Notes: generated by a model from the letters alone, not told the origin. A DNA stretch of 64,000 nt from Dicyema japonicum (GCA_011109175.1 RDEW01000005.1:1856657-1920656); one strand, 5' to 3'. Positions 36,951 to 50,010 are shown, numbered from the stretch's first letter. Made by a program: numbers and translations.

Positions 36951-36991
36951 TGCACATCTTATCGACATTACTAGCAAATTTTTATCTTCAT

Positions 36992-37330
36992 CTAGCTTCT
37001 CGTCGAACCTTTGTGTAGGGCAATCTTGATCCCTGCTCTCCTCGATTTTTCAAAAAGCAAGATAAAAGTGTAATACCATCCTTCCAGTCCATAAAGGAGT
37101 GATGGAATGATCGTACGTGAAAAAATAAATAAAAACATATCCGTTTCGAGTCTCAATTTCTTCATACACAATAACGCATGGTGGGCTTTCTTCCTTTTGA
37201 GTTTAAAATCGCACAATGTGCTCCCAGATTTCTCAAAAGCTGATCCGAGATACTTCAGGGAGGTCACAATGTTGATTCCACACATGGAGTCTTTCTGATT
37301 TCCTTTACCATTCCGACCAAGCAACATCAT
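36992..37330 (-). mobile_element. LINE post-RT fragment converging on the previous element
   Basis: SLKYLGSAFEKSG...RTIIPSLLYGLEGW, similar to 36420-36600. Confidence 0.7.
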
Positions 37331-38322
37331 TGCACTAGATTTTTCTTCTGACAGTTTTAACCTATGAAGAATCCAGCAGACAAAAACGCATCATCTTTAA
37401 TAAAAAACGTGGCGTCATGCGGTTCACTTGTTGTTGTTGTGGCGCAGTGCAAGTTCTGCATGGAAGAGAACCGTTAGACTTTCCCTACATTTCTGCGATC
37501 TTCAGAAGGGTGGCTTACCAACTTTAATAAGAAAACAAAAAATCTATGCACTCTGGTTCATTTATGGGTTCATATATAAAATTTAATATTTTAATAAAAT
37601 ATTAAATATTTAAATTTAAAATTATTTATTTAAAAACTTACGTGTCGTCCCTGATGAGTATTTTTGTGATATGATGTAGGTTCTAATAATGTTTTCTTTA
37701 CATTGATTGTCTGCTCAGTACTTTCATTAATATTCATGTCCATACTCAATTTCATTCCTTCCCGTCTGTCTCCTTCAATAACACGATCATTTGTTGGAGG
37801 ATTTGTATCTTCCCTTGTATACGTGTTCATGCTTATTGTATTCTCCAATTTGACCATTGTAGTGGTTCGCTAACATCAAATCTGTCATTTCTGGTCGGAC
37901 AACATACATATCTATTTATAATGGTTTGTGGTTCCATTAATTTGTAGTACTCTTCACGTTCATCTTTTCTTTCATTATGGCACACTGCGTTGATGCTACA
38001 TTCAGAATCCCTCAGTATTTGTTGTTTTAACTTTAGTATTATTTTTACTACTGTGCATACGATATGCTTGTATAATCAGTCCGACAATTTGGCTGTGGAG
38101 AGTGCACCAAAGACATCGAGGAGTAAATCAAAGAGATAACTATTAATGTTGACTTATTTAATAGCAAATGTAGACTTTTGTTGTATATTTATTTAAGACT
38201 TTTGAGGTTAGCAAATTAGTATTGTACTCTTTGATTGCTCGGTTGTTTATACCATTAGCACAGAAATTATTATTGCACGTGGTCCAGGTGGTGCCACCTG
38301 ATTTCTTTTCCTTTTCTCTCGT

Positions 38323-38386
38323 GGCGTCATTGGATCTACCTTAGTTAGGAGACGCCCAATGCCTGGTCGGTATTCAAAAGGATTCA
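38323..38386. repeat. Dispersed structured motif upstream of RTE APE starts (copies also at about 31715, 43990, 50825, 56550, 58037)
   Basis: GGCGTC...GACGCC outer helix, CCT-loop-AGG inner hairpin and GGATC/GGATTC cross-pairing recur in 5-6 copies. Confidence 0.65.
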
Positions 38387-38899
38387 TTCCACAGGAGACA
38401 ACACAGTCTCTAGAAAGATACTTACCAGAAAGATCTTAGTCTCAGATATAGAACTTGCAACTTTTTTTATCCGAGGAGTAGGAAGGGTCGTACCATAGAC
38501 AACTAAGTCCGTATCAAAATTTCTATCTAAAAACGTGTAACAGAATCTCATCCTTGTTACCTGGTCTATTCAGCCTTTTGACCTCCCCGTCCAAAATTCG
38601 ATAATACATTTTTTGCTTATACAGGAAATAATCCTCGCTTTCAGACACCGAAGGATCTGGATATCAGTAAAAGACAACTTCTTTTCCATAAGCAAAATAA
38701 TTCATGCGAACTAATATTTGCTTTGAACAGAAGGATGACCAACTCTTAACAACTACTATCTCTTATTGACAAACAAATCCCGTGTACAACGTGGAAAATT
38801 AGGAAGTCACTATAATTCCAAAGCCTTTCCTTTTATTCCATTGAGTTCAATTGAAACGCTGTAGTCGGCCTATTCTTTTGATGGGCTATTGAAACGCTC

Positions 38900-39770
38900 A
38901 GTAAAGCTAACGTCTTAAATCCTCTCCGTCAGTTTCGACCATGATCCTCTGTTGCGCACTAGTTCTCTTAGGTAGTCCAGGTCGTCCGCCGAAGTTAGTC
39001 TCATACCAACAGCCGATAGGTCTTCGTTCAAAATAGTCGAAAGTGCCGTTCTTGGCCTTCCGCTGAATCCGGGTCTGTGTGTGCGAAGTAGTTTTCCATT
39101 GCGACATTTACGGGGACCTGAACATTTAGACGTAACACGTGGTCAAAGAGGCTCCATATTGATTTGAAAATGTCATCTGACAGCACGCCGGATTTGCATT
39201 AATTATAAAGGTTTGCATTAGAGATCTTCATAGGCCAGTTGATCTTGATTACCGATTTGAGCTGAGCTCTGTGGAATGAGTCAAGATGGTCATTTCCCGT
39301 TTAGAGATTCCCAAGTCCCAGAGTTGTAGGTTAGCAACGGGATGACAAAAGCTTTGTATTTTCTACGTCTGGTGTTAAATCCTATCTTCTTGTTGTGGCT
39401 CCATATTGGCGATATTTTTTTTCAGTGCACTCATAGCAAGAATCTTCCTACGAGTAACAAGTACAGAATCTCCTAGAAGCCAGCCAACATTCTTTTGCCT
39501 TATCTACGACTCGTCCGATCTCCGATCATATTACCTGTAAGCGTTATAAAATCCGTTTGTCGAGATTCACGGTTAAGAACATTTCGAAAATATGTGTGTG
39601 GGAATGCGCTGAGCATGTGCTGAAGTGTGTCCTCATAGACAAAATCCAGATCGTTCGCATAAATTATCTCTTCATAGTTGTTTCCAATCAAGGCACTGAA
39701 CTCTCTTAGTGCAGCTTCAAGGTAAACAATGAAGAGGATCGGAGATAGGGAGTCCCCATGTGGAACGCCA
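38900..39770 (-). mobile_element. Decayed RTE RT and 3' region
   Basis: GVPHGDSLSPILFIVYLE, IIYANDLDF and a GRP..KRT 3' motif. Confidence 0.75.
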
Positions 39771-40256
39771 CGTTATTTATTTATTTTTATTTAAATAAAA
39801 AATAAATACACGTAAATTGGGGAAAAAACCCACACCTCTTCAAATCTTAATGAAAGGTGATCGTCGTAGATACAGGAAAGCCGTGGGTACTCTGGAGGAA
39901 CACAAGAAAAACCTCTCGATCCTTCTGAGGTGTACCGGAATCACTTATTAGTTGGTTCACTCCTTCTTTCTTGGTGTTCCCTTCTCGAGGAACGTTAATC
40001 AAATTAATAAAAACGGAATGAGATTGAATATGTAAAATGAATGAAAATATTTCAAGGGAAGCTGAGGTCGAATCATAACCCGTCACCAACAAGTAAAATA
40101 GTTTCCTGGTTGAATGAAAAGATGGATAAATAGTAAAAGGCATGATTAATTATGCAACTATAATCAACAATCAATATTTAAATATCATCTTATAATATTA
40201 ATCCATAAATATAATTTAATTTTTTATAATAATTCAAATTTAAAACCAGTCTTTTC

Positions 40257-42640
40257 TTGTTGTTAACTTATATTTTACCGATGGAGTTAAACTACATACC
40301 AAATTTGTATGAATTATGCATTGATTTTATGCGGAGAAACTCTGAAATTAAATATTCAGAAGATCTAAGCAGAAAATCTCGCAGTATGATTTCATATTCG
40401 ATCCAACACGACCTCGAATACCTCAAGGATGACATCCCAGAGCGTCTAAGTACCACTTTCAGACATTCCCTACAAATAAAGAAGCTTCCATTTACTCAAG
40501 CGATAATTTTCTCCTTAGAACTGACGGAAATACTAATTGACGTCAGAGACGTCCATTTGATGTGTCAGACTCTTTCCTATTTAACAACTATCAAACTTTT
40601 GGGGATAAAATCCTCTGAAAAGGACCCCATTTTCCCATTGCATGTGAACAGCGTTACCTCCTTTTCTCTTTTGAACTTTAACGATCCTGTTTTGCTAAAC
40701 TCTCTTCTCATGAGCGGTTTCTTCAAATTAAAATGTCTGGAATTGTTTTTAGGGGACTTAACAAGAAGCAAAACTCCCGAATTCTTTTGTTATGCCCTTC
40801 CAAGCATAGATAGACTTGAAAAAATCAACTTTGACTGTGTTTTGATCCGCAATTTTGACGAATTTGCTTTCAATTTGGCTGATCCTCTTGCCATGAGGTT
40901 GTTGTTTGTATTTATGGTTGATCTTTCACTTACACAAACAGCAAAATGATATCTGGGTTTCAAATCGACCTGTCTCCGTTCTTAACGGTCGCAACAAATC
41001 TTCAGTTTCTTGATATTTCGGGTTGCTCCTTCGACCATGACGTCCTGAGCAGGTAGTTAGGCCTATAATATCTCTAGTTCGATTTTTCAGAGAAGATTAA
41101 AATTTCTGAACGTCTTCAACTGCCACAACGTGTTCGGCTTCAGCAAATTTAACGCAGTCTCGGTCAGTTTTTACACTAAATGTAGATCGGGGGTGTTGGT
41201 CACCTGGAGAATGTAATAAACGCTGTCTTCCACTTCGAAAACAGGGAAGAATTCATGTTCAGAGCCCTCAACTACATCCACAACTATCCTTTCCCCATTC
41301 GAAATGCACTTTACAAACGGTTTCTTAGGGTTATTCGCTGTGTATTATTTGTAGTTTATCTGCAAATTACTAAGAAAACAAAATAACGAGATATTTCTCG
41401 AGATTTTAATGTAATTTAGTCAGTAAGTTCAGGGTCACTTTGAGTATGCGTCTGAGCTGCCAAACAATCCCGGATTCTCACAAGAAGATGGTCTATAAAG
41501 CCATTTTGCCGATCATTAATAAGTTCTATAACAGCCAACAGATAGCAAACAGTTGTGGCTATATTCTATTCCACATTGAACCCTGGAAGTTTCCCTTTTA
41601 TGTATTTTCCTATTTTATTTCAGGTTCCCGGACTTTCTAGAATGTTCAAAGTGATCATGATGGCCATGGTCTCCCATTCTTCATCAGCGCTGATCTTTAG
41701 TAGACTCAATAACCTGTTGAGTTATGCCATATGTGAGTGTTCTACTATCATAAAAACGTATTTGGGACAGTCTGGATGTATTAACGTTGATTTGGTGGTA
41801 ACTTTCAGCTTGCTCTCAGTTATTTGAAGAATGCAGTCGATTTCATGCGGAATTCTGGAACCCACAGTTTTGAGCCATGGTGGAGTTTCTTGTGGAATAT
41901 TACTGGTTGGGAGATGACTGATTGTAGATGAGAGTGAAGAGAATGTAATGCTGGTTATCGAAAGTAGGGGACTCGACTTGGCTGTTAGTTGCTCCGAGGT
42001 TGTTTTACCAGTGATTCAGATTTGTTCCGGAAAAGATGATGTCATCCGCTCAATTGTGGGTACCATCGGGAATTTGGCGGAGGTTATGAAAGCCCGCAAT
42101 ATTATGGGAACTTTTGGGATGATTGGACATTTATTGTAATGTTTGGTGTGATTATAGTCAAAAAATAAACACCTTAGGTTACTCATTCGAGACCTCATAT
42201 AATGCCTGTGGGGCCCTGTGTAACATTCTGAGTGACCCTGAGGATGTTTTGGATACTTATACTTACCCACGCTTTTATAACATGAACCCCCGTGACGCTA
42301 TTTTGGATAAAATCAAACAATTGGTAGTGACGTGGCCTATTGGGATGTGGAGACACATAAACTACAGGTTACTTGTATTTAGTATTGTAAAGATCCTTAG
42401 CACCTATCGTGAGACTTCTGAACGAAGCATGTGACCAGAGAATTTGGCTTTGGTCTCTGTGGGCATGTGCCAACCTAACCTCATATGATCGTACTGATTA
42501 TGATTACTCCTAGTAAACAAATATATGCCAATGTTGCTGTCCACAAACGCTTTGGAAACGATTGACCATATTTGTAACACCCGTATGGTCGATATTCCAG
42601 AGTTTTACATTTTTGTTTGTTGTCTCAAACAGAATCACAA
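40257..42640 (+). CDS. ZER1: ZER1/ZYG11-family CRL2 substrate adaptor (BC-box, LRR, ARM), 3' end approximate
   Basis: IPNLYELCIDF (BC-box-like), LRRs, WSFLWNIT|DESEEN, GTIGNLAEV, ETSYNACGALCNI, WRHINYR and WSLWACANL match recalled ZER1 motifs. One intron is 22 nt. Confidence 0.85.
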
Positions 42641-42727
42641 GGTTTTTGTTTTTTAATATTTTAGAAATATTGCCTGCAAAATTAATTTATTTGATTATAT
42701 ATTCTTTTTTCTTTAAAATTTAAATGT

Positions 42728-43789
42728 ATGAATATTGTTAGGCCGTGTATGCTAAGAAGTAGGCGAAATAAGGTTTATCTGTTTCTTGTGTTTGCTGCTA
42801 TTATTGCTGTATATATCTTCGTTAAATCAGGCGCTGAGGTTAGATACCTATCGTTTAAGATGGTGTCTGATTCTGATCTTGTGTCCGAGTTGGATTTTAT
42901 ATGCAGTGATTCTCTGGACGGAATTTTAACACACAATGTTAGGAGAAATCAATTTTCTATAAAATTTAATCGCAATACTGTAAAGTTGTGCTCAAAGAAT
43001 ATGATTAATAAACGTGGAATGGAGCTTTCTGAGTTAATTCACTATAAAGAGAAGATTCTTGCTATTGACGACAAAACTGGAAACGTTTATGAAATTAGAG
43101 GGGAAAAAGTCATTCATTGGATTACCGTGTCCGGAGGAAACGGATTTTCCACATTTTGTTTGTCTTAAATGAGTTTTACCTGTTGTTTAGCATTCAAAGG
43201 AGAGTGGGCTACGGAAAAGGACGGAATGATCTATTTTGGAGCAATTGGGAAGCCCTACACTGACGCTAATGGAAAGATCCTTCATTATGACCCGCTTTGG
43301 ATAAAAATTGTCAATGAACGTGGTCACGTGTCTCACGTGAATTGGGAGATGCAATATAATGCAATAGAAAACGCTTTAAATGTCAAGGATCCGGGTTTTT
43401 GGTTTATTTTATTATAAGGGTTTATTGTCCACGAAGCTGTGATATGGAGTGAGGTACATCAACGGTGGTTTTTTTTCCCGCGATTTGTAAGCTCGGAAAT
43501 GTATTCAAAGACGAGTGAGGCCAATTCGGGGCAGAATTTGATGATTATTGTGAATGATAACTTTACTGACATAAAAATCATCCACGTGGGTGTGAGAAAT
43601 ATGTCAAGGGGTTTTTCTTCCGTTAGGTTTATCCCTGGGACGAAGGATAGACTTTTAATGGGAATCAAGACGTTTGAGTTGGATGAGGACCGAGCTTCTT
43701 ATACTCTTGTTTTTGACATGCACGGGTATGTCGTCCTTCCCGAGACTAAATTTTCTGATTTAAAATTTGAGGGATTCGATTTTGTTTAA
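42728..43789 (+). CDS. CANT1: Calcium-activated nucleotidase / apyrase (Cimex-type)
   Basis: N-terminal TM anchor, RGMELSEL, IDDKTGNVYEI, FKGEWATEKDG, HEAVIWSEVHQRWFFFPR, RGFSSVRFIPGT and KFEGFDFV. Introns of 33 and 24 nt. Confidence 0.92.
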
Positions 43790-44311
43790 TCCATTTTTTT
43801 CATAACTTTTGTTTTTTTAGGAGTACAGGAATGTCCTCCAAATTTATTGCCAGAGGATCGCATGGTTAGAAAGAAAGACTTCAGCTAAATAAATGATCTC
43901 AGTTCTCATGGTCGAATGAGACGTATCCTTCCATCCAGATTCACCATTGTGGGAACTCTTCCATTTGAGTAAGGAAAAGAGGGATCATGCTTGGATGCCG
44001 ACCAGGTACTGATGGTCTCCTCTGACAGTTGGATCACATAACACCTCTTAGGAATTAAAGAATGTAAAGACCAAAAAATATGGACATGGGGAACTGAAAA
44101 TGCTCTGATAAATTACATTTTTTCCGTTGCTAGTATTGGAGGTCACCTGTCTCACCACTCTCTTAGTTGATCTTTATGAACATTGTGAGAGGTAAACCAC
44201 ATGAATTATGTCATAGGGGATAAGTAGTTACTTAGTGTCTTAATGAATAATAATAAGAAAAAATCCTGTTTCTCATGAGAGTCATCCATTTTACAATTTG
44301 TGATCCCCAAG

Positions 44312-44971
44312 TCAATTGATCGATAAGCCAATTTTTGTTTGTCTTTGTTGTACATGAAAATTCAATAGAGAATTTTGTAGTTGAATAAGCGGAAAATCGA
44401 TTTGTTTCTTAAAGAAATTGGGACGCATAGCTACACTAAAAAGCCACGACGCACGTGAGACTCGGTTGCTTATCCAGGTGATTTCTGTTGTAGTCGTGAG
44501 AGGCAACGTAGATTATGCCGGCGGTGATCATTTTTGATTAATTTTTGTGTTTTTGAAAAATATTTAATTATGTTAAATAGATAAATCAATAATTAATTAG
44601 GCTGATTTGTGATAAGTGATCCGATACGGTTCAGAGAATAGTGGTCTGCTTTATTTGACTCCTGATGCATACTCGGGGACTGTCTCAAAGATGAACTGAC
44701 CACCGATACATTCATATTTCTTCTTTAGCGTCTTAACCTTTTCCGAAGCAGAGCCGGGGTTAGTTGCACTGATTGCAAGGTTGGAGGGAGATAGGCTATC
44801 CACACAAATGGCCACCACTTTACCATGAGAAGAGAGTTTTCCGTCAGCCCTTTTGTTGGCTGGACCAGTCTGAGAGTCTGGACAGGGAGTAGGCTGATCA
44901 TAAATTATCAAAAATACATAGTTTAACCAACAATTTATTTTAACAAGCATGACATCATCACCAAAAGTCAA
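44312..44971 (-). CDS. One or two small unidentified host ORFs (weak UspA-like signature)
   Basis: Open frames 44651-44971 and about 44312-44512 with plausible micro-introns. GKVVAICVDS..S.LA weakly resembles a USP N-terminus. Confidence 0.25.
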
Positions 44972-45349
44972 ACAAATAATTCGAATATCTTATCCCTCAT
45001 TAAAAAAGTCATTTGTAAATTATGAATATCTGATGGAAAAGCTAAAAGGCACCTGCTGGGAGCTTAGCCAGAAGCCTCTAAAAGCATCAAGGATTAACCG
45101 CTTAAGTGAAAAGTTCTGTAAAGTGAATTTGGATTTACTGAACGTGATGGTTCTGTTCCTGAAGAGATCAGGTTGCCAAGACCTCAGGAATGGTAAACTT
45201 CTGAAGAAGATATCATAAAGTCTTGATGAGAGTCTTTACATCTGACAATCACTTCTGGAGTTTTTTAATCTGTCTGCTAATATGCTGACATAGCAATTGC
45301 TCTTCATAATATTGGCAGCGACCACATCCCACAACTATCACCCGTAAAT

Positions 45350-47100
45350 ATGAGGACGGATAGAAAGCCTGGAGTCTTTGTCGGTTACGACACGAGAAAC
45401 CTAAATTGGGCTCACTATCGGATGTTCGTTGTCAAGGAATTATGTTGAGCCCGAAACTCCATGGAAATTGATTTAGTGAGCATCAAATTACAAATCTGAT
45501 CATAAATTACCCGGAAAGCTTTGCCAGAAAAATATACTCAAGAAACGACGATGTTGTTACATTTCCAAGGCACATCCAAAATGTGATGAAAAAATAATCT
45601 AAGGACTAAATTAACAAGGTGCGTAAATCCACAGAATCACTTCGCTTGTTTTACAGAGTCAGCGAACTACAAAAGTAATGCCGGATTAAAGGATGAAATG
45701 AAACCAAGTGGAACTGTCAACAACGAATACTAAAAAGCTCAATCCTTTTTTCTGGAAGGTATTCCGAAATCAATCGCAAGCTAGATTGTGCCCAAGAGAC
45801 CGGATGACTCCTACTTCGAGGAAAGGGTATCCCTCATTTTAAGACACAACTTAAAAAGACATTGAAATCGATGATGGTTTCATCAATGTGAGACCTTGTG
45901 AACTGTGTCGGAGCAAAAGCATCCATCTATCTAGCAGAAGTGAAAATTGCCATGGGAACTGTCAAAAATATAGCATTCCATGAAAGTCAGGATGTTCACA
46001 GAAGACTCGGAAATTCTATTCAAAGTCCTCAGGAATATTTTCAATGCAAGTCTGAAGATTGGAAATGTTCCACAAAAGTGGAAGAAACAAAATGTACGAA
46101 TGGTAGCGAAGGCAGGAAACCGTAGAAGGATACAATGAGCTACGTCTGATAAACCTAAAATTTTTTTTGCCTGAGACTTTCAAATATGCTGGAAGAAAAC
46201 GAATATTAAAGAAAACATCAATTTGGCTTTTGTCCAGGTCTATCCTCCAGTGATTGCCTATCTCATATCAGCTCCAGCTAGCCAGGGCCACAGAAACTCC
46301 AACTGTTTTTTTTGAATGTCATATGTCTCAAATGCCTTTGATAGTACTCAATCAACTATCTCAGATAGGAAGCCCGAAAGAACTGGTAGATTGAATCAAA
46401 TAGTACCTAAAAGGTAGAAACTCTAATGTTAAATACGGACGTTACCTTCCAAATGTGATATTATTGAAAAATGAGTCACACAAGAATGAGTCCCCATTTT
46501 GACCCTCTGCTATTCAAAGTGATGATGGCAAGTTTTCCGTTTCTGTGGTCACCGGGTACAAGATCTCTGATGCATGAAGATGATATACTACTTTTGAACT
46601 TGGAGAGGAGAATAAATGTATATATGATGAAGATAAGAAACTGATCCGGTCTCCAAGGATTAAAGCTATCGGAAGAAAAATCAAATGCTATAGTTTTTTG
46701 GACGCAACAAAAATGGTCGTCACTGTAAAGTCAAAACTATAGAATCCTTTAAATATCTCGGTACTGTATTTAAAAAACAAGGTATATAATAGGGAAACAA
46801 CAGGCGACTCTATCTATGCGAAGATGAAGCCTGAAGCGGAGACGTTTTTATTTATTTTCTCGCTTACAATCATTTCTTCAGTCTTCTATGTACTTGAGGA
46901 ATGTTACATCACTAGACACAAAAAACGTGTTTATCTTGCTTCTGTAAAAATCTAGAAGAGCAAGGATTAAGATTATTCTGGCAAGCGATTCAACGGAACC
47001 CTTAATGGAGGTGAAGATCGGCAATTAACGTCAATCATAGAAGTAGTAGAGAAAAGAATTAAACGTTTTAGGAAGAAATGATCCTTGACTTTACATCCCA
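45350..47100 (+). mobile_element. Heavily decayed LINE (APE, RT, 3' region)
   Basis: Residual EVKIAM, a KAFDS-like motif at about 46330, PLLFKVMM, EDDI and KYLG segments similar to 36420-37330. Confidence 0.55.
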
Positions 47101-47508
47101 GCGAAAAATGAAATACATGAGGGATGATGTCGAAGGAGGAGAGTCAAAACGGCAGATTGTGTTATAAGGATCTTCAACAAAATACCCCCTTTACATTCCT
47201 TTTTGGTAATAAAATTTGTTAAGCGTTAAAAAAGACATTAAGTGCGTTATAGCTATAATTTAGCACACCAAGCCTACGTTATCAGCTCAGCCTTCCTATC
47301 AATGAAAAACCCTTACCAAGTAGCATGTGGGGAAACTAACCCAAAACAAATTTCTGTAGCATGACATATCAGCCTCTAATTCATCCGGTACTATAGTCGA
47401 CCATCATAATTGTATTTATTTAAATTAAATTTGATTTTAATGTATTTATTTAAATGAATAATATTACTAATTAAATATATTTATTTCAAATTATTAATTT
47501 ATTATTAG

Positions 47509-48525
47509 ATGATAAAGATTGTTCTTTTTAGTTGTCTTTTGTGTAGTACAAAATTAAATAATTTATATTGTGGAGAATATAATTGCTATGAAGGTTATCA
47601 GTATATTCAATTGTAGTGCTAAATGTGTCTCAGAATGCCACCAAGATGGAAATATCAAGAGCATATAGAAAACAGGCCGCCATCTACCATCCCGACAGGC
47701 AGATGACTGTAAATATTCTCTCTATTAAAGGAAAAATGTGATAAATTTCGTGTGATTGCTGCTGCTTACGAAGTATTTGTAGTAAACCAATTATAGGTGT
47801 TGAAGAATGATGATTTAAGAAGGGACTATGACTACATGCTGTCTCACCCATGTTCATTGATTTTACTATTATAGCTGAGATTTACGTCAATTACTTTAAA
47901 TATTACAAAACACGTGCCTCCCCCAAAGTAGATATTAGAGTGGTCGTGGTAAGCCTGGTAGTAGTATTCTCTGCTATTCAGGTATTATTGTATGTAATTA
48001 TAGTATTACTCCTTGAGACTCAACCGGAGAACTTCCATGACGAAGGCTCTCGCGAATCCATATTTTAGAGCAAAAATAGTGGAAGTGATAATGTCAACGA
48101 GTAAGGAGAGAAGAGAGTACAGTGATGAGGAGTTGATGGGTTTTATGACGTCAAAGTTTATGTTTGTTAGTTTACAGTAGTCGAGGATATGGGCTAAGTC
48201 ACTTGCTTGTATTTCAAATTATTAGTATGCCATGGAATGCTATGTCGTATTGTGTATGGAAAGCGCGGTGGATATTCAATTACAGTATTTTGAATAAACA
48301 GTTGAGAAGAGAGGATAAGCTGTATTTGGTTAAGAAATATCTCAAGTGTGATGAAATGTTGTGGAATGTTTGTTTGTGTTAATAATATAGTTTATCACTG
48401 CTAAACAGAAGGATCAATTTATTAAGGAGGAGCTGTGGATTAAAGATAATTTTAATGTTTTAGTATCCATTATCTTGTAGAAGTGGATTAAGGGAGGATT
48501 GAGGGGATATTGTAGAAGAAGGTGA
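47509..48525 (+). CDS. DNAJC25: DnaJ homolog subfamily C member 25
   Basis: LYCGEYNCYE|VLNV, YHPDR, AAYE|VLK..DYDYMLSHP and PKVDIRVVVVS. Introns of 22-24 nt. Confidence 0.9.
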
Positions 48526-48654
48526 TTAATTATTGATAATATAAATTTATCATTTATTGTCGCATAGCATGAGAACCCTGGTCAATCTGTGGGTCAGGGT
48601 TCATAGTTCAAACTTTTTTTAACTTTAAATTTTTATTAAAAACAAAAAAATTAA

Positions 48655-48785
48655 CGAAGGTCATACAGCGGCTGCCCTGATGTGTGGCTATTCCCCATTA
48701 GAATGGAAAGCCAGATTCGCTGTTTGTGCAGAAATCTGATTCCTTAGACGACTCAAGAATTCCAGCGTCGCAGGCGCAAGGGACC
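48655..48785 (-). mobile_element. CRE retrotransposon 3' fragment
   Basis: Close match to 10370-10520, including GACGACTCAAGAATTCCAGCGTCGCAGGCGCAAGGG. Confidence 0.75.
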
Positions 48786-48789
48786 AAGC

Positions 48790-49460
48790 TCAAACTTACC
48801 ACTCAAAATCAATCATAAATTAAACTGGAAGGCACCAAAGGGTATAGCAACCATTACCCAACGAATTGAACAATAACCACACACCTACACGAGGAAGTTA
48901 ATGAGAGTATTTACCAAACTTTGAAAAAACCTCTTCAGACAGAATTTATTAGCAATCAAACTAAATAGTAATTTAAGTGGAATAGTGCGCAATACTATAG
49001 TGCTTAATACCTTGGTACGAAATACTTTCATAAGCAGTTCCACGTATAAAACTACCAGTTTAAAACTGTCGTCAAATAATAATCCCGTTAGCAAAGCTCA
49101 CGTAAAATCGTCAACCTATATTCTCAAACTGTTAAAGAACCAAACATTGACAGTAATCTTTCTGTGAACCATACTATTCAAAAGAGTAATTACAAAGTTA
49201 AGTCTGAAGTCCATGAAGTTATGTCGGAGACAGTAGGACGTGTGGTGAAAATGGAAGAGGGTGGACGTAATTCTCCACCTATATTCGGAAGCGGAAGCCT
49301 GTAATGGAATTTTAGGAATGGATCTGATCGGCACAAGCAGACATTCTACATTGGGTTTTTTTCTTGAATTAATTAGTTATGGCTATTTAGCTGGGTATCA
49401 AAAATTGTAAGCCTGGGGTTAATGAAATTGCGACCGAAACTCTCTCGAATAACCAGTGAC
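48790..49460 (+). mobile_element. Penelope-like element remnant (RT thumb, GIY-YIG, decayed hammerhead)
   Basis: NTLVRNTFISSSTY resembles the PLE RT thumb. Frameshifted VI(Y)KVK.EV..SYVGDSRT resembles GIY-YIG. Hammerhead-like topology at 49413-49456. Confidence 0.5.
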
Positions 49461-49499
49461 GCTCACAAAGATCACTTGAACTCGTAGAAATCTAACTAA

Positions 49500-50010
49500 G
49501 TCGACTCAGAAATCCAAGCGTCGAAGGCAATGTCATCTGAAGTCTCCACAGCAAGAGAAGCAAACATCATTTCATTGGATTCGTCAGCATACTTTTTCCA
49601 TCATTCCTACATAAACCGACAGGTTCGAGCAGAGGCGGATAATCGCCTGACAACTTCGTTAGGGTGTCTGGGATACCTTCCAGCACTGTCCCACAGGCGA
49701 ATGCATGTAGAACAGTCGTCGATCTGGTTACCGCATTGGCACGTTTATGAAATACAAATCTTAAGTCCAAAATCTAATGAGTCTCCAATTCTAACGGAAT
49801 TGTCGTTTAATAACGTTCCTAGTGCTCTGCTTGGGATGGCGTTGAGCCAGACGTCGATTCAAGGAGAAGCTCCAGACGAGAAACAGGCACGGTGGTGCTG
49901 GTTCGATGACTTTAAGAGATTTTCGAACAACTAAAAAATAACATCGTCCCGACTACGCTGATAATCTTGTGATGAAGGGAAGGACGAATAAGACGGTTCC
50001 AAGTCTTCCG
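49500..50010 (-). mobile_element. Older CRE retrotransposon fragment with internal deletions
   Basis: ARCLLS..S...SAWLNAIP and PPLLEPVGLCRNDGK, homologous to 10700-11100. Confidence 0.75.

Noticed and set aside
37650-37660. CTGATGAG hammerhead core
   Set aside because: No stem II or downstream GAAA.
39847-40143. 98-aa ORF head-to-head with ZER1
   Set aside because: Its core is a dispersed repeat also found at 57480-57540, so a host gene is unlikely.
48790-49150. Strand-skewed stretch resembling a mitochondrial insertion
   Set aside because: I found no mitochondrial protein motifs. The plus strand fits a Penelope RT thumb and GIY-YIG better.
48748-49530. Approximately 30-bp target-site duplication around the Penelope remnant
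   Set aside because: The two flanking CRE motifs differ too much from each other, while the left one matches 10482-10510 almost exactly. Two independent CRE copies are more likely.
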